From Eledone cirrhosa (taxonomy: Eukaryota), in contig OZ024741.1 of NCBI GenBank assembly GCA_964016885.1, positions 371,070,001 through 371,134,000 on the forward strand: a stretch of DNA of 64,000 nucleotides, written 5' to 3'. This document shows positions 39,158-51,327 of this stretch, one piece after another. How positions within the stretch are numbered: the stretch's first letter is position 1; the number at the start of each line of letters is the position of its first letter. The notes under the pieces were generated by a model that saw only the letters and a program-made list of their open reading frames with translations, had not been told where the DNA came from and ran no database searches. A program made the position numbers and the translations under genes.

Positions 39158-39390
39158 TATATATATATACATATATATATATACGTGTCTCTCTTTCTCC
39201 ACCCAATTCTTTTTATCCCAATAACTTTATTTAGTTATTGCTCGCACTGGCTTGAGGTATATGATCTTTAATGCAAAGAAATACCTATGATGGCCAGAAG
39301 ATCACTGATGATGGATAGTCCTGGCTTCTTACTCTATTTTTTTAATTCATATGTATCACATCCGCAACAACGCAGCACAACATTTTTCAT

Positions 39391-39440
<50 letters not shown>

Positions 39441-39465
39441 TTATATATATATACATATATATATA

Positions 39466-40026
39466 GAAAGACGACAGCTGTATAAAAAAGTGTAGGGCGA
39501 TAAAAATAGACGGTAGCCACGGAGTAGGCAGACCCAGAAAAACTTGGGACGACTTGATAAATTCCGACCTCACTCACTTACACCTCTCCAAGACAATGTA
39601 ACTGGACCGAGATCTTTGGCGCTATGCAGTAATACAGAAGACCTGTCTTGCCTAAGTGCAAAGCGAAACCTACAGTCAGTAGGCACCTCTTACCAAAATA
39701 CACCCCCGTCCCACTACCCCACCCCATCCACACCACCCCCTTTTGATGTAAACTTATGTTGGTACCACAACATCCAGTCCTAAATCAATGAGGGAGTGTA
39801 GGTGTCACGACAAAAAAAACACACAGTCCATGCTGTAATGTGGCCGTATAGGTAACACGGTAAAAACCTCCCAGTCCACACTGTAAACGTGGTTTGTGTT
39901 AGGAAGGGCATCCAGCCGTAGAAAACCTGCCAGACAACCAATCTTGCCTCAAGTAGGAGAATTTCCGTCCAAACCCATGCTAGCGTGGAAGATGGACGTT
40001 AAACGATGATGATGATGATGATGATA
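39466..40026 (+). mobile_element. 5'-truncated RTE copy in (TA)n
   Basis: Matches 28217-28905 and has a (GAT)n tail. Confidence 0.9.
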
Positions 40027-40087
40027 TACATATATATATACATATATATATACACATATATATATATATATATACACATATATATAC

Positions 40088-40122
<35 letters not shown>

Positions 40123-40135
40123 CATATATATATAC

Positions 40136-40166
<31 letters not shown>

Positions 40167-40227
40167 CACACACACATATATATACATATATATATATACA
40201 CACACATATATATATATATATATATAC

Positions 40228-40575
40228 ATGGAGGCACATGGCTTAGTGGTTAGAGCATTGGCCTTGCAATCGAAAGGTTGTGAGTTCAATTCTCAGACCG
40301 GGTGATGTGTTGTTTCCTTGAGCAAGGCACTTTATTTCACATTGCTCCAGTTTACTCAGCTGTAGAAATGAGATGATAGGGACTGGAGTCCCTATCATTC
40401 CACTGCAAAGTGGTCGTGGAGGTGCCACGGCAAAAAAGCACCCAGCACTCACTGTAAATGAGGTTGGTGTTAGGAAGGGCATCCAGCTGTAGAAATCAAG
40501 CCAGAATCAGTTCCCGTCCCACCCTTGCAAGCAGGGAAAAGTGGACGTAAAATGAAATGATGATGATGATGATGA
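40228..40575 (+). mobile_element. tRNA-head SINE carrying an RTE 3' tail
   Basis: A-box TGGCTTAGTGGTTAG, B-box GAGTTCAATTC and a CORE-like body, followed by sequence shared with the RTE 3' UTR at 45950-46105 and a (GAT)n tail. Second copy at 54812-55144. Confidence 0.85.
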
Positions 40576-40590
40576 TACATATATATATAT

Positions 40591-40647
<57 letters not shown>

Positions 40648-40658
40648 TATATACACAC

Positions 40659-40691
<33 letters not shown>

Positions 40692-40760
40692 CACACATAT
40701 ATATATATACATATATATATACACACATATATATATATATACATATATATATACATATAT

Positions 40761-40809
<49 letters not shown>

Positions 40810-40839
40810 TATATATATATAGGGCGGGTAAAATTCCCG

Positions 40840-41056
40840 AGATCCATGGACGAGTTCTCTCCAGCGATCTCTCCCTCATTATTGCTGCCATGTCCTGCAT
40901 CTCCAACAGACCAGTGTCTGTCCTTAGGGCATCAACATACGTTAACCTTGGTCTTACTCTTCCAGTGTGTCCATGTAGGGGCTCTCACAGGAGTACTGAG
41001 TGCAATGTCAACTCTGGATGTCGGTGAGCATGTCCAGCTAACCTCAGTCTCCTCTG
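40840..41056 (-). mobile_element. RTE-like 3' fragment
   Basis: [13 protein letters not shown]...[19 protein letters not shown]. Confidence 0.7.
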
Positions 41057-41074
41057 TGTGTATATATATATATA

Positions 41075-41270
41075 AAAATGGAATAGAATGAAATGAAAAT
41101 TCATTTCTCACTCTTAGTACGGCAGTTACTTAAATGTAAGTATGTATGTATACGTACATACATATATGTATACAGATGTACAGTAGTATGTATATATATA
41201 TACATAGATGCACACATATATATATGCACGTATCGGTTTACCGAACATTTATTAAAATGCTGGGTTTGTT
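41075..41270 (-). repeat. Partial unit of family A repeat (no hammerhead)
   Basis: Matches the unit segment GAAATTTCATTTCTCACTCTTAGTAC...CCGAACATTTATT. Confidence 0.75.
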
Positions 41271-42074
41271 ATCTGGTGGTCCCTAAGGAAACTAGGTGTT
41301 GAGGAATGGCTTGTGAGGACTGTGCAAACTTTGTACAGAGGTACTGTCAGTAAAGTGAGGGTAGGAATGGAGTTTAGTTAGGAATTCCAGATACAAGTAG
41401 GAGTACATCAGGGTTCGGTCCTCAGCCCGCTCTTGTTCATTATAGTCCTCCAAGCCATAACAGAGGAACTTCTCTATACTGACGTGGGAACTTCTCTATA
41501 CTGACGATCTGGTTCTTATAGCAGAATCAGTAGCGAAGCTAGAGAATAAATTCTGGCTATGGAAACAGCAGTTGGAAGCAAGAGGACTGAGAGTGGACCT
41601 AGCTAAGACAAAAGTGTTGATGAGTAGAAAAGAGGACAAAACTCTGATTCCGTCAGGGAAATGGCCATGTTCGATATGCAGAAAAGGAACTGGCATAAAT
41701 TCTGTAAAATGCACACAATGCAGATCCTGGGTGCACAAGCGCTGTAGCGGGATCGCAGGCAAACTAACAGGTAGGGAGAAATACGTATGCAGTAGATGTA
41801 CAGGAAAATTAGACAGTAGAAGTCGCATTGATAGACACATTTTTCAAATAGTGTGCGAGAGAGGAGACTGGGGTGGTATGGACATGTGATGCGCATGGAG
41901 GATGACCGATGGGTGAAGAAGTGCCAGGTAATGCCAGTTGAAGGAAAACGTGGTAGAGGTAGACCACGAAAAACATGGGGGGAGGTGGTGAGAACAGACC
42001 TCAGATCGCTGAAGCTCACAGTGGAGATGACGAAGGACCGTGACAAGTAGAGTGATGCTGTGCTGAATAAGACC
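41271..42074 (+). mobile_element. RTE fragment (second PHD-bearing subfamily) with internal deletion
   Basis: [10 protein letters not shown], a C4HC3 finger and RERRLGWYGHV. Similar to 57518-58359. Confidence 0.88.
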
Positions 42075-42140
42075 TATATCTATATATATATATGTATATA
42101 TATATCTATATATATATATGTATATATATATCTATATATG

Positions 42141-42175
<35 letters not shown>

Positions 42176-42257
42176 CTATATATATATGTATATATATATG
42201 TATAAATTAATAAAATAATGAATAAACAAAGAAACAGTTCCTTATATTAAAAAAAAT

Positions 42258-42399
42258 TCATCATTTTACGATCGTTTCTAGGATATATATGTGTTAGAGT
42301 TGGTATGTATATTCTATAGATCTATGTACAATATTTATACAAACTATCAGAGGGAATATACATACCTACACATATATATGCTGTCTTCAGAAATAATGA
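42258..42399 (-). ncRNA. Type I hammerhead ribozyme with ~105-nt stem II
   Basis: Minus strand reads tcattattt CTGAAGA ...atatatatgtgt/acacatatatat, ggtatgtatattc/gaatatacatacc... GAAA cgatcg TA aaatgatga. Confidence 0.8.
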
Positions 42400-43181
42400 T
42401 ATTTGTTTATTGAAAAAAACAAAGATTCAATACAATAGGTCTGTTTGGGAACAGGTTTTGAATTGACCAATCAGGAGATAGTGAGGGTCAAGATAGTAAT
42501 ATAGTAGTAGATGAACCTTAAATTATGGGTAGAGGAAGGTAGGTTTCAGTTTTGGATGGAAAAGAATATTATGAATGAAGGATTATTTTAGGGAAGAAAT
42601 AGGTCTTATGCTGACCTCAGAAATAATTTTATTTGTTCATTGAATAAAACCAACAAAGATCTAATATATTCTGTCTCTTTGGTAAGAGCTTTAGAATTAA
42701 CCAATAGAAAGTTAATAATTGGCCAAATGGTAAAATAGTAGTAATTGAAGCTTATTTTAGGGGTGAAAATAGGTCAGGTGGTCAGTAAAAAGTATACAAG
42801 AAGATGCTGTTATAAAATAGTAATGCCAATACAAATATCTAAGGTGACCAAAGGTTTAAGCTAAGAATGTTAGTGAAAAAAATACATCTATGAAAAGAAT
42901 ATAAAATTAATTTAATTGATGGGTATATTTATATTGATAAATTTATACTAATACATATAGATATGATAAATAAGAGTTAGATGCAGTTGAAAAGTGGTGT
43001 TAAAGATGAGGGGAAATTAAAAGAATATAAAAATAATATATATATATATATATATATACATATATACATATATATACATATATATACACATATATATATA
43101 TACATATATATACACATACACACACACATATATATATATACACACTTATATATATATATATATACATACACACACACACAT

Positions 43182-43266
<85 letters not shown>

Positions 43267-43738
43267 TATATATATATATACACACATACACACTTATATA
43301 TACATATAATTATGGGGGGGGGGGTAAATTTATTAGTGAGAAATAGTAAATATATATAGTTTTCAAGGAACATAGTCATAACCTGAAGTTAAAGCATTAT
43401 ATATGTTTACTTAATGGTATCAGTTTTAGGAAATGATATTTGTAAGAAGGAAAGCAAAATTATGTAGTTCATCAGTAGTAGAATATTAATTATAGGTTAA
43501 CTAAATTAAAAATAATTTATATATTAATTTCTAAAGTGTATATTAATTAGGTTTATAATATTTAAAGGTTTTTCTCAGTTTATGATTACACGATATTATT
43601 AATTCCTGTCGCTTATTTAATAGGATATCCTTAGATTTCATTATATATATATGTATATATATTTATATGTATATATATATGTATGTATATATATTTATAT
43701 GTATATATATATATGTATATATATATGTATATATATAT

Positions 43739-45808
43739 ATCGACCCAATAGAGGGACCAGCAGTGTTAGTCGAGGGGAGTATAATAAGTAAGGCAATCAA
43801 GGATATGAAGACGGGTAAGGCGGCTGGGCCTTCAGAAATAGTTGCTGAGATGCTGAAGGCATCTGGCACGGTGGGACACACCATGGTCACCCGCATAGTT
43901 AACCAAGTCGTACAGAATGGGGTTGTTCCGAAGGACTGGCATAGCAGCATCATCGTTAACTGTTATAAGGGTAAAGGAGACGCCCTAGATAGGAGTAACT
44001 ATAGAGGCATTAAATTAATCGACCAGGTCATGAAGGTCACGGAAAAAGTAATAGCGCAACTAATCAGAGAGAGAATTGACCTAGATGAAATGCAGTTCGG
44101 GTTTGTGTCAGGCAAAAGTACCACAGACGCTCTTTTCATAGTACGACAACTACAGGAGAAGTACCTAGCTAAAGGTAAACCCCTCTACTTAGCTTTTGTC
44201 GACTTGGAGAAAGCCTTCGACAGAGTCCCCCGCTCCATTATCTGGTGGGCTCTTAGCAAACTAGGCGTTGACGAATGGCTTGTGAGGGCTATACAAGCCA
44301 TGTATAAAGAAACAGTCAGCAAGGTTAGAATTAACAACGAATATAGTGAAGAGTTTAGCGTAAAAGTTGGCGTCCATCAGGGCTCTGTTCTCAGCCCCCT
44401 ACTATTTATTATTGCCCTTCAGGCTATAACAGAGGAGTCCAAGACCGGCTGCCCATGGGAACTCCTATACGCAGACGACCTGACACTCATAGCGGAATCA
44501 ATGGCCGAGCTAGAGAAGAAATTCCAAACATGGAAGCACGGCCTAGAGTCAAAAGGACTTAAAATTAACCTGGCTAAGACCAAAGTTCTAGTTTGTAGGA
44601 AAGAAAACAAGGCGGCGGTCCCTTCTGGGAAATGGTCGTGCTCGGTGTGTAGGAAAGGCGTAGGTAGAAACTCCATTTTATGTCCTAAATGCAAAGTATG
44701 GGTGCATAAAAGATGTAGTGGGATCACAGGTAAGCCAACTAAGAACATAGATTTTACATGTGGCCGGTGTTCTGGTGCAATAAGTAGCAGCAAGTGCCCA
44801 CAAAATACTAGCTCTTTCAATTGCGCAGAGGGTTCTATACAAATAGTGGACAGCTTCCGTTACCTGGGCGATAAAATCAGCAGTGGGGGAGGGTGCTCTG
44901 AAAGTACAGTAGCTAGAGTCAGAACTGGTTGGAAAAAGTTCAGAGAGCTTATACCACTATTAGCTGCTAAAGGGTTCTCCCTAAAAATGAAAGGCAGGTT
45001 GTACGATGCCTGCATACGAACAGCAATGTTGCATGGCAGTGAGACCTGGGCATTGTGTGCACAGGATATACGCAGACTAGAGAGGAACGAAGCTTGCATG
45101 CTCCGCTGGATGTGTAACAGTAATATACGTGAACGGCAAAGCATAAACGAACTAAGGAAAAAATTAGAGATAAGAGGGATCAGATGTTGTTTACTCGAGA
45201 GAAGGCTACGTTGGTATGGACACGTGATGCGCATGAAAGTCGATAGCTGTATAACAAAATGCAGGGCAATAAAGATAGACGGTAGCCACGGAATAGGCAG
45301 ACCTAGAAAAACCTGGGACGAGCTGATAAACTCCGACCTCACACACTTACACCTCTCCAAGACAATGTCACTGGACCGAGACCTTTGGCGGTACTCAGTA
45401 ACAGAGAAGACCCGCCTTACCTAAATATATAGTAAAACCTACTCCAGCCAGTAGGCATCTCTAACAAAATACACCCCGTCCCACCACCCCCACCCCATCC
45501 ACACCACCCCGTTCTATGTAAAGTTATGTTAGTGCCGTGCCATCCAGGCCGAAACAAATGAGATCGTGTAGGTGTCACGACAACAAAACACACAGTCCAC
45601 GCTGTAATGTGGCCGTGTAGGCAACACGGTAAAAACCTCCCAGACCCACACTGTAAATGTGGTTGGTGTTAGGAAGGGCATCCAACTGTAGAAAACCTGC
45701 CAGACAGTCCTATGCGAGCAAGACAATCACTCTTGCCTCAAGTGGGACTACCCCCGTCCAAACCCATGCAAGCGTGGAACACGGACGTTAAACGTTGATG
45801 ATGATGAT
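43739..45808 (+). mobile_element. 5'-truncated young RTE with an uninterrupted RT-PHD-C-terminal frame
   Basis: Open frame to 45424 with [37 protein letters not shown] and C4HC3. (GAT)n tail. Confidence 0.95.
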
Positions 45809-45811
45809 ATA

Positions 45812-45849
<38 letters not shown>

Positions 45850-45852
<3 letters not shown>

Positions 45853-46982
45853 TCACCGTTTTACGTCCGTTCTTCCACGCTAGCATGGGTTAGACGGGTT
45901 GTCCTGTTGTGGGCAGTGTCTGGTCGGCTGACCATGCCTTGCTCATACAGGAACTGATTTGGCTTGATTTCTACAGCTGGATGCCCTTCCTAACACCAAC
46001 CTCATTTACAGTGAGTGCTGGGTGCTTTTTCGTGGCGCCTACACGTCCACTTTACAGTGTGGGCTGGGTGCTTTTTTGCCGTGGCACCTCCACGACCACC
46101 TTGCAGTGGGGGTGTGTGGGGGCATATTGTCTATATGCTTCAGCTTGTACCCATGAGAGGTCGGGTACTCTGTATTACTGCGTGACGCCAGAGGTCACGG
46201 TCGTGTGTCATCGCCTTTGAGAGGTGTAATTGGGTAAGGTCGGCTTTTATCACCTCATCCCAGGTCATCTTGGGTCTCCCCACTCCGCGGTTTCCATCAA
46301 CTTCTAGTGCTCTGCACCTTTTTATGCAGCTGTCATCCTTCATACGCATCACATGTCCATACCAGCGCAACCGCCTCTCCTGCACACAGCATTTGATTCC
46401 TCTTATGCTCAGTCTCTCTCTCAATTCATTTATGCTTTGTCGTTCGCGTATATTACTGTTACACATCCATCGGAGCATACAGGCTTCGTTCCTCTCTAAT
46501 CTACGTAAGTCTTCCACCTTCAGCGCCCAGGTCTCACTACCATGCAACATCGCTGTTCGGATACACGCATCATACAGTCTGCCTTTCATTTTGAGGGAGA
46601 AGCCTTTTGCAGCTAGCAGTGGTAGTAGTTCCCTAAACTTCTTCCATCCCGTTCTTACCCTAGTTATTGTACTTTCTGAACACCCACCTCTGCTGCTAAT
46701 TCGGTCACCTAGGTAGCAGAAGCTGTCTACTGTTTCTACAGAGCCCTCCCAGAGATTGGTGGTACTTGTTTCCTGTGGCTGTTTGCTGCTTGCTGTCCCA
46801 GCACAGCTGCTGCATGTGAAGCCTACATTCTTAATTAAGCTTCCTGAGATCCCGCTACATCTCTCGTGTACCGATTGTTTGCATTTGGGGCAGAGAATGG
46901 AGTTCCTACCTACACTTTTCCTACATACTGAGCAAGGCCATTTCCCTGAGGGGATCTGGGTTCTGTTGTCTCGTCTACTTAC
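45850..46982 (-). mobile_element. 5'-truncated RTE (third subfamily)
   Basis: Finger plus C-terminal domain in ORF 46140-46982, followed by a 3' UTR and GAT tail. Confidence 0.92.
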
Positions 46983-47073
46983 AATATATATATATGTATA
47001 TATATATAGATATAGATATACATATATAGATATAGATATACATATATATATAGATATAGATATACATATATAT

Positions 47074-47118
<45 letters not shown>

Positions 47119-47128
47119 GATATAGATA

Positions 47129-47175
<47 letters not shown>

Positions 47176-47180
<5 letters not shown>

Positions 47181-47860
47181 AATGAGAGGTATACAAATAT
47201 ATGTGTATACATACATATACATGCATATATAAACATATATTTTTCACAAGTATGTGAGATTGTATGTTGTCGACCTTAACCAGTGTTACTCTATGATTAT
47301 GGGAGACAAAATAATCGAAATAATGAAATTGACACAATATCAGAGTTATGTAAAATATTATAAAAGGAATAATAGATACAATATACCTATTTTTTCTTTC
47401 GTCCCGTGTATATGTATGTATACACATATATTTGTATACCTCTCATTATTGTCTCTAGCTCCCTCACGGTAGAGTAACCACGGAAGTATAGTGACTGCTT
47501 TCAAGCAAACACTATATACACTTCTAGTCAACCTTACCACCCCTCTGTAGCCTATGTATCATATCAATATCTCCCTCCGCCTTCTGAGATATTTTCACTG
47601 CTACAAGGGATTAATCCCCTTTCTTGACCGGTGTATCACGTGATAGAGTCTGCCTCCGCCTTTCTGAGGTTTTCTCACATGCTACGGACGTATGTAGTTA
47701 GGACTCTTCCCTGAGGTGCTCCCTTGATAAGCTGGCTTACCTCACAACAATGTTATATATCTATGATATAACATTCTTGCATAGTGACCAGCGAAACTGT
47801 ACAGTCGGGACTAAAGAAAAAATAGGTATATTGTATCTATTATTCCTTTTTATAATATTT

Positions 47861-47862
<2 letters not shown>
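47176..47862. mobile_element. Rearranged hammerhead-bearing element with two inverted duplications
   Basis: 47176-47221 is the exact reverse complement of 47407-47452. 47351-47406 is the near reverse complement of 47806-47862. The motif at 47720-47810 reads tccc TTGATAA gctgg...ccagc GAAA ctgtacag TC ggga (core mutated). Confidence 0.75.
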
Positions 47863-47894
<32 letters not shown>

Positions 47895-47914
47895 CACATA
47901 TATATATATATTTG

Positions 47915-48150
47915 TTCAACGGTGGTTGCTAGACACTACGGCTTAATACGGGATGTTTGTTTACAAACACACCGAGTATTATAATAAATGTTTGGGGAAT
48001 CCATACATACATATATATATGTGTGCATGTATGTATATATATATACATACTACTGTACATCTGTATACATATATGTATGTATACATATTTATATTTAAGT
48101 AACAGCCGTACTAAGAGTGGGAAATGAAATTTTGTTTCGTTTTTTCCGTT
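47915..48150 (+). repeat. Partial unit of family A repeat
   Basis: Reverse complement of the 29310-29530 segment. Confidence 0.75.
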
Positions 48151-48252
48151 TATATATATATATCATCATCATCACCGTTTTACATCCGTTCTACCACGCT
48201 AGCATGGGTTAGACGGGTTGTCCTGTTGTGGGCAATGTCTGGTCGGTTGACC

Positions 48253-48335
<83 letters not shown>

Positions 48336-48579
48336 CATACATATATATATATGTAAGGATATATATATATGTATATATATGTAAGGATAAAAGGCAAAGT
48401 TAATCTCGGCGGGATTTGAACTCAGAATGGCAAGGACCGTAACTCTATGCGTCAAAGCATGGCGTCCGGCCCTCTACCGATACTGCCAATCCACCTAATA
48501 TTCTACCATACTATTTCATTCTAATACCATTTTAAAATTGTAAATAAAACATGTAAATCAGACAAAGTTGGAATTCCTT

Positions 48580-48648
<69 letters not shown>

Positions 48649-48661
48649 TATATATATATAT

Positions 48662-48692
<31 letters not shown>

Positions 48693-48696
48693 CATA

Positions 48697-48729
<33 letters not shown>

Positions 48730-48732
<3 letters not shown>

Positions 48733-49448
48733 AGTATGTATGTATACGTACATACATATATGTATACAGACGTACAGTAGCATGTATATATATATATATA
48801 TACATATATACATACAGGCACACATATATATATATGCACGTATCAGTTTAGCGAACATTTATTATAATGTTCGCTTTGTTCGTTTGTAAACAAACGGACA
48901 GCCTGATTTATGCCGTACGTTGTTAAGGCAACCACGTCACCTTTTTGTTCAACACTGACACAGGAACGATGTACTAGTTTCAAGCTTGTTAGCTATCGTC
49001 AGCACCGTATACCCTTCTGCCAGATGGTTGAACGTTCGAAAGTATATACTTTCCTTATGAAAATTAACGGCTGAGCAGCCTAATTTGCATATTGAGTGAG
49101 TTCAGTCGGCCAGGCGCACCGAAAACGATAAATGGAATAGAATGAAACGAAATTTCATTTCTCACCCTTAGTACGGCACTTACTTAAATGTAAGTATGTA
49201 TGTATACGTACATACATATATGTATACAGACGTACAGTAGCATGTATATATATATATATATATACATATATACATACAGGCACACATATATATATGCACG
49301 TATTAGTGTTGAACAAAAAGGTGACGTGGTTGCCTTAACACCGTAAGGCATAAATCAGGGTGTCCGTTTGTTTACAAACGAACAAAGCGAACATTATAAT
49401 AAATGTTCGCTAAACTGATACGTGCATATATATATGTGTGCCTGTATG

Positions 49449-49483
<35 letters not shown>

Positions 49484-50493
49484 CTGTACGTCTGTATACA
49501 TATAAGTATGTATACATACATACTTACATTTAAGTAAGTGCCGTACTAAGGGTGAGAAATGAAATTTCGTTTCATTCTATTCCATTTATCGTTTTCGGTG
49601 CGCCTGGCCGACTGAACTCACTCAATATGCAAATTAGGCTGCTCAGTCGTTAATTTTCATAAGGAAAGTATATACTTTCGAACGTTCAACCATCTGGCAG
49701 AAGGGTATACGGTGCTGACGATAGCTAACAAGTTTGAAACTAGTACATCGTTCCTGTGTCAGTGTTGAACAAAAAGGTGACGTGGTTGCCTTAACAACGT
49801 ACGGCATAAATCAGGCTGTCCGTTTGTTTACAAACGAACAAAGCGAACATTATAATAAATGTTCGCTAAACTGATACGTGCATATATATATGTGTGCCTG
49901 TATGTATATATGTATATATATATATATATACATGCTACTGTACGTCTGTATACATATATGTATGTACGTATACATACATACTTACATTTAAGTAAGTGCC
50001 GTACTAAGAGGGAGTAATGAAATTTCGTTGCATTCTATTCCATTTATCGTTTTCTGTGCGCCTGGCCGACTGAACTCACTCAATATGCAAATTAGGCTGC
50101 TCGGCCGTTAATTTTCATAAGGAAAGTATATACTTTCGAACGTTCAACCATCTGGCAGAAGGGTATACGGTGCTGACGATAGCTAACAAGCTTGAAACTA
50201 GTACATCGTTCCTGTGTCAGTTTGAACAAAAAGGTGACGTGGTTGCCTTAACACCGTACGGCATAAATCAGGCTGTCCGTTTGTTTACAAACGAACAAAG
50301 CGAACATTATAATAAATGTTCGCTAAACTGATACGTGCATATATATATGTGTGCCTGTATGTATATATATATATATATATATACATGCTACTGTACATCT
50401 GTATACATATATGTATGTACGTATACATACATACTTACATTTGAGTAAGTGCCGTACTAAGAGTGAGAAATGAAATTTCGTTTCATTCTATTC
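48730..50493. repeat. Array of ~458-nt hammerhead-bearing units (family A) with an inversion at ~49304
   Basis: Motifs at 48966-49008 (-), 49709-49751 (+) and 50167-50209 (+) read acggtg CTGACGA tagctaacaagYtt GAAA ctag TA catcgt. Confidence 0.9.
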
Positions 50494-50526
50494 TATATAT
50501 ATATATATATATATACACATATAAAT

Positions 50527-51317
50527 GTCAGTTTGTCTTCATGACTTGTTCTTTCGATAAACCCGCCATTGGCTTTGATGACGGCCTCAAGGCGGCCTCG
50601 GAACCGGCAACAGGCCTTCGTCACTGTCCCCCGACTTAGTCCCCTAAAGGCACTTGTAATCCTGGCCTTCAGATCGTCTTTCGTATTGCAGCCAGATCTG
50701 TTGGTGTCTCGTTCAACAGCGCCTCACATAAAGAAGTCGAGGGGGTTGCAGTCAGGCGAGCTGGGAGGCCAGATGTTAGGTGAAGTGTGGTCGACGAATT
50801 TCTCTGACAGCCAGGCTTGGGTCTTTCGGCTGGTATGGCAGGGCACTGAGTCTTGCTGCCACACGTACGGCCTACCTGCAGCTACCTGGTTGATCCAGGG
50901 CTTTACTACCTCGTTCAGAATTCGGATGTAGCCATCGGTGTTCAACTTGAGGCCCTCAGGGAAGAAGTGAGGTGGCATGACGTCACCTTGACTGCTGATG
51001 ATACCTAAGACCAATGTTGTCGCTGGAAACTTTGTCTGCATGACTCTGGGCACGTCTTTGGATGAGACAGTGAGCCACCTGTTGTTCTGGGAGTTGATCT
51101 TCTGGTCTTATTTGTCCTCCCGGTGCGGATTCCAAGAAGAACTCCGTGTCTCTTCCACAAATTTGGAGGTTCAAAATCATTCATAATCAATTATTCTGAA
51201 AATAAATGATGGAAATCTAGTCACTGTTTTTATGAAGACAAGAGTGACAATGGAAGTAAAAAAAATGTGCATAAAATTAGCAGTTGAAAATTGCGAACAA
51301 ATATCGTCCGCATCCTC
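50527..51317 (-). mobile_element. DD37D (maT) internally deleted copy
   Basis: ORF 50724-51053 has QQD...SPDCNPLDFF. One TIR at 51290-51317. Confidence 0.9.
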
Positions 51318-51327
51318 TATATATATA

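Noticed and set aside
39245-39330. Hairpin plus CTGATGA at 39305
   Set aside because: The core elements are not in hammerhead order and it is too degenerate to call.
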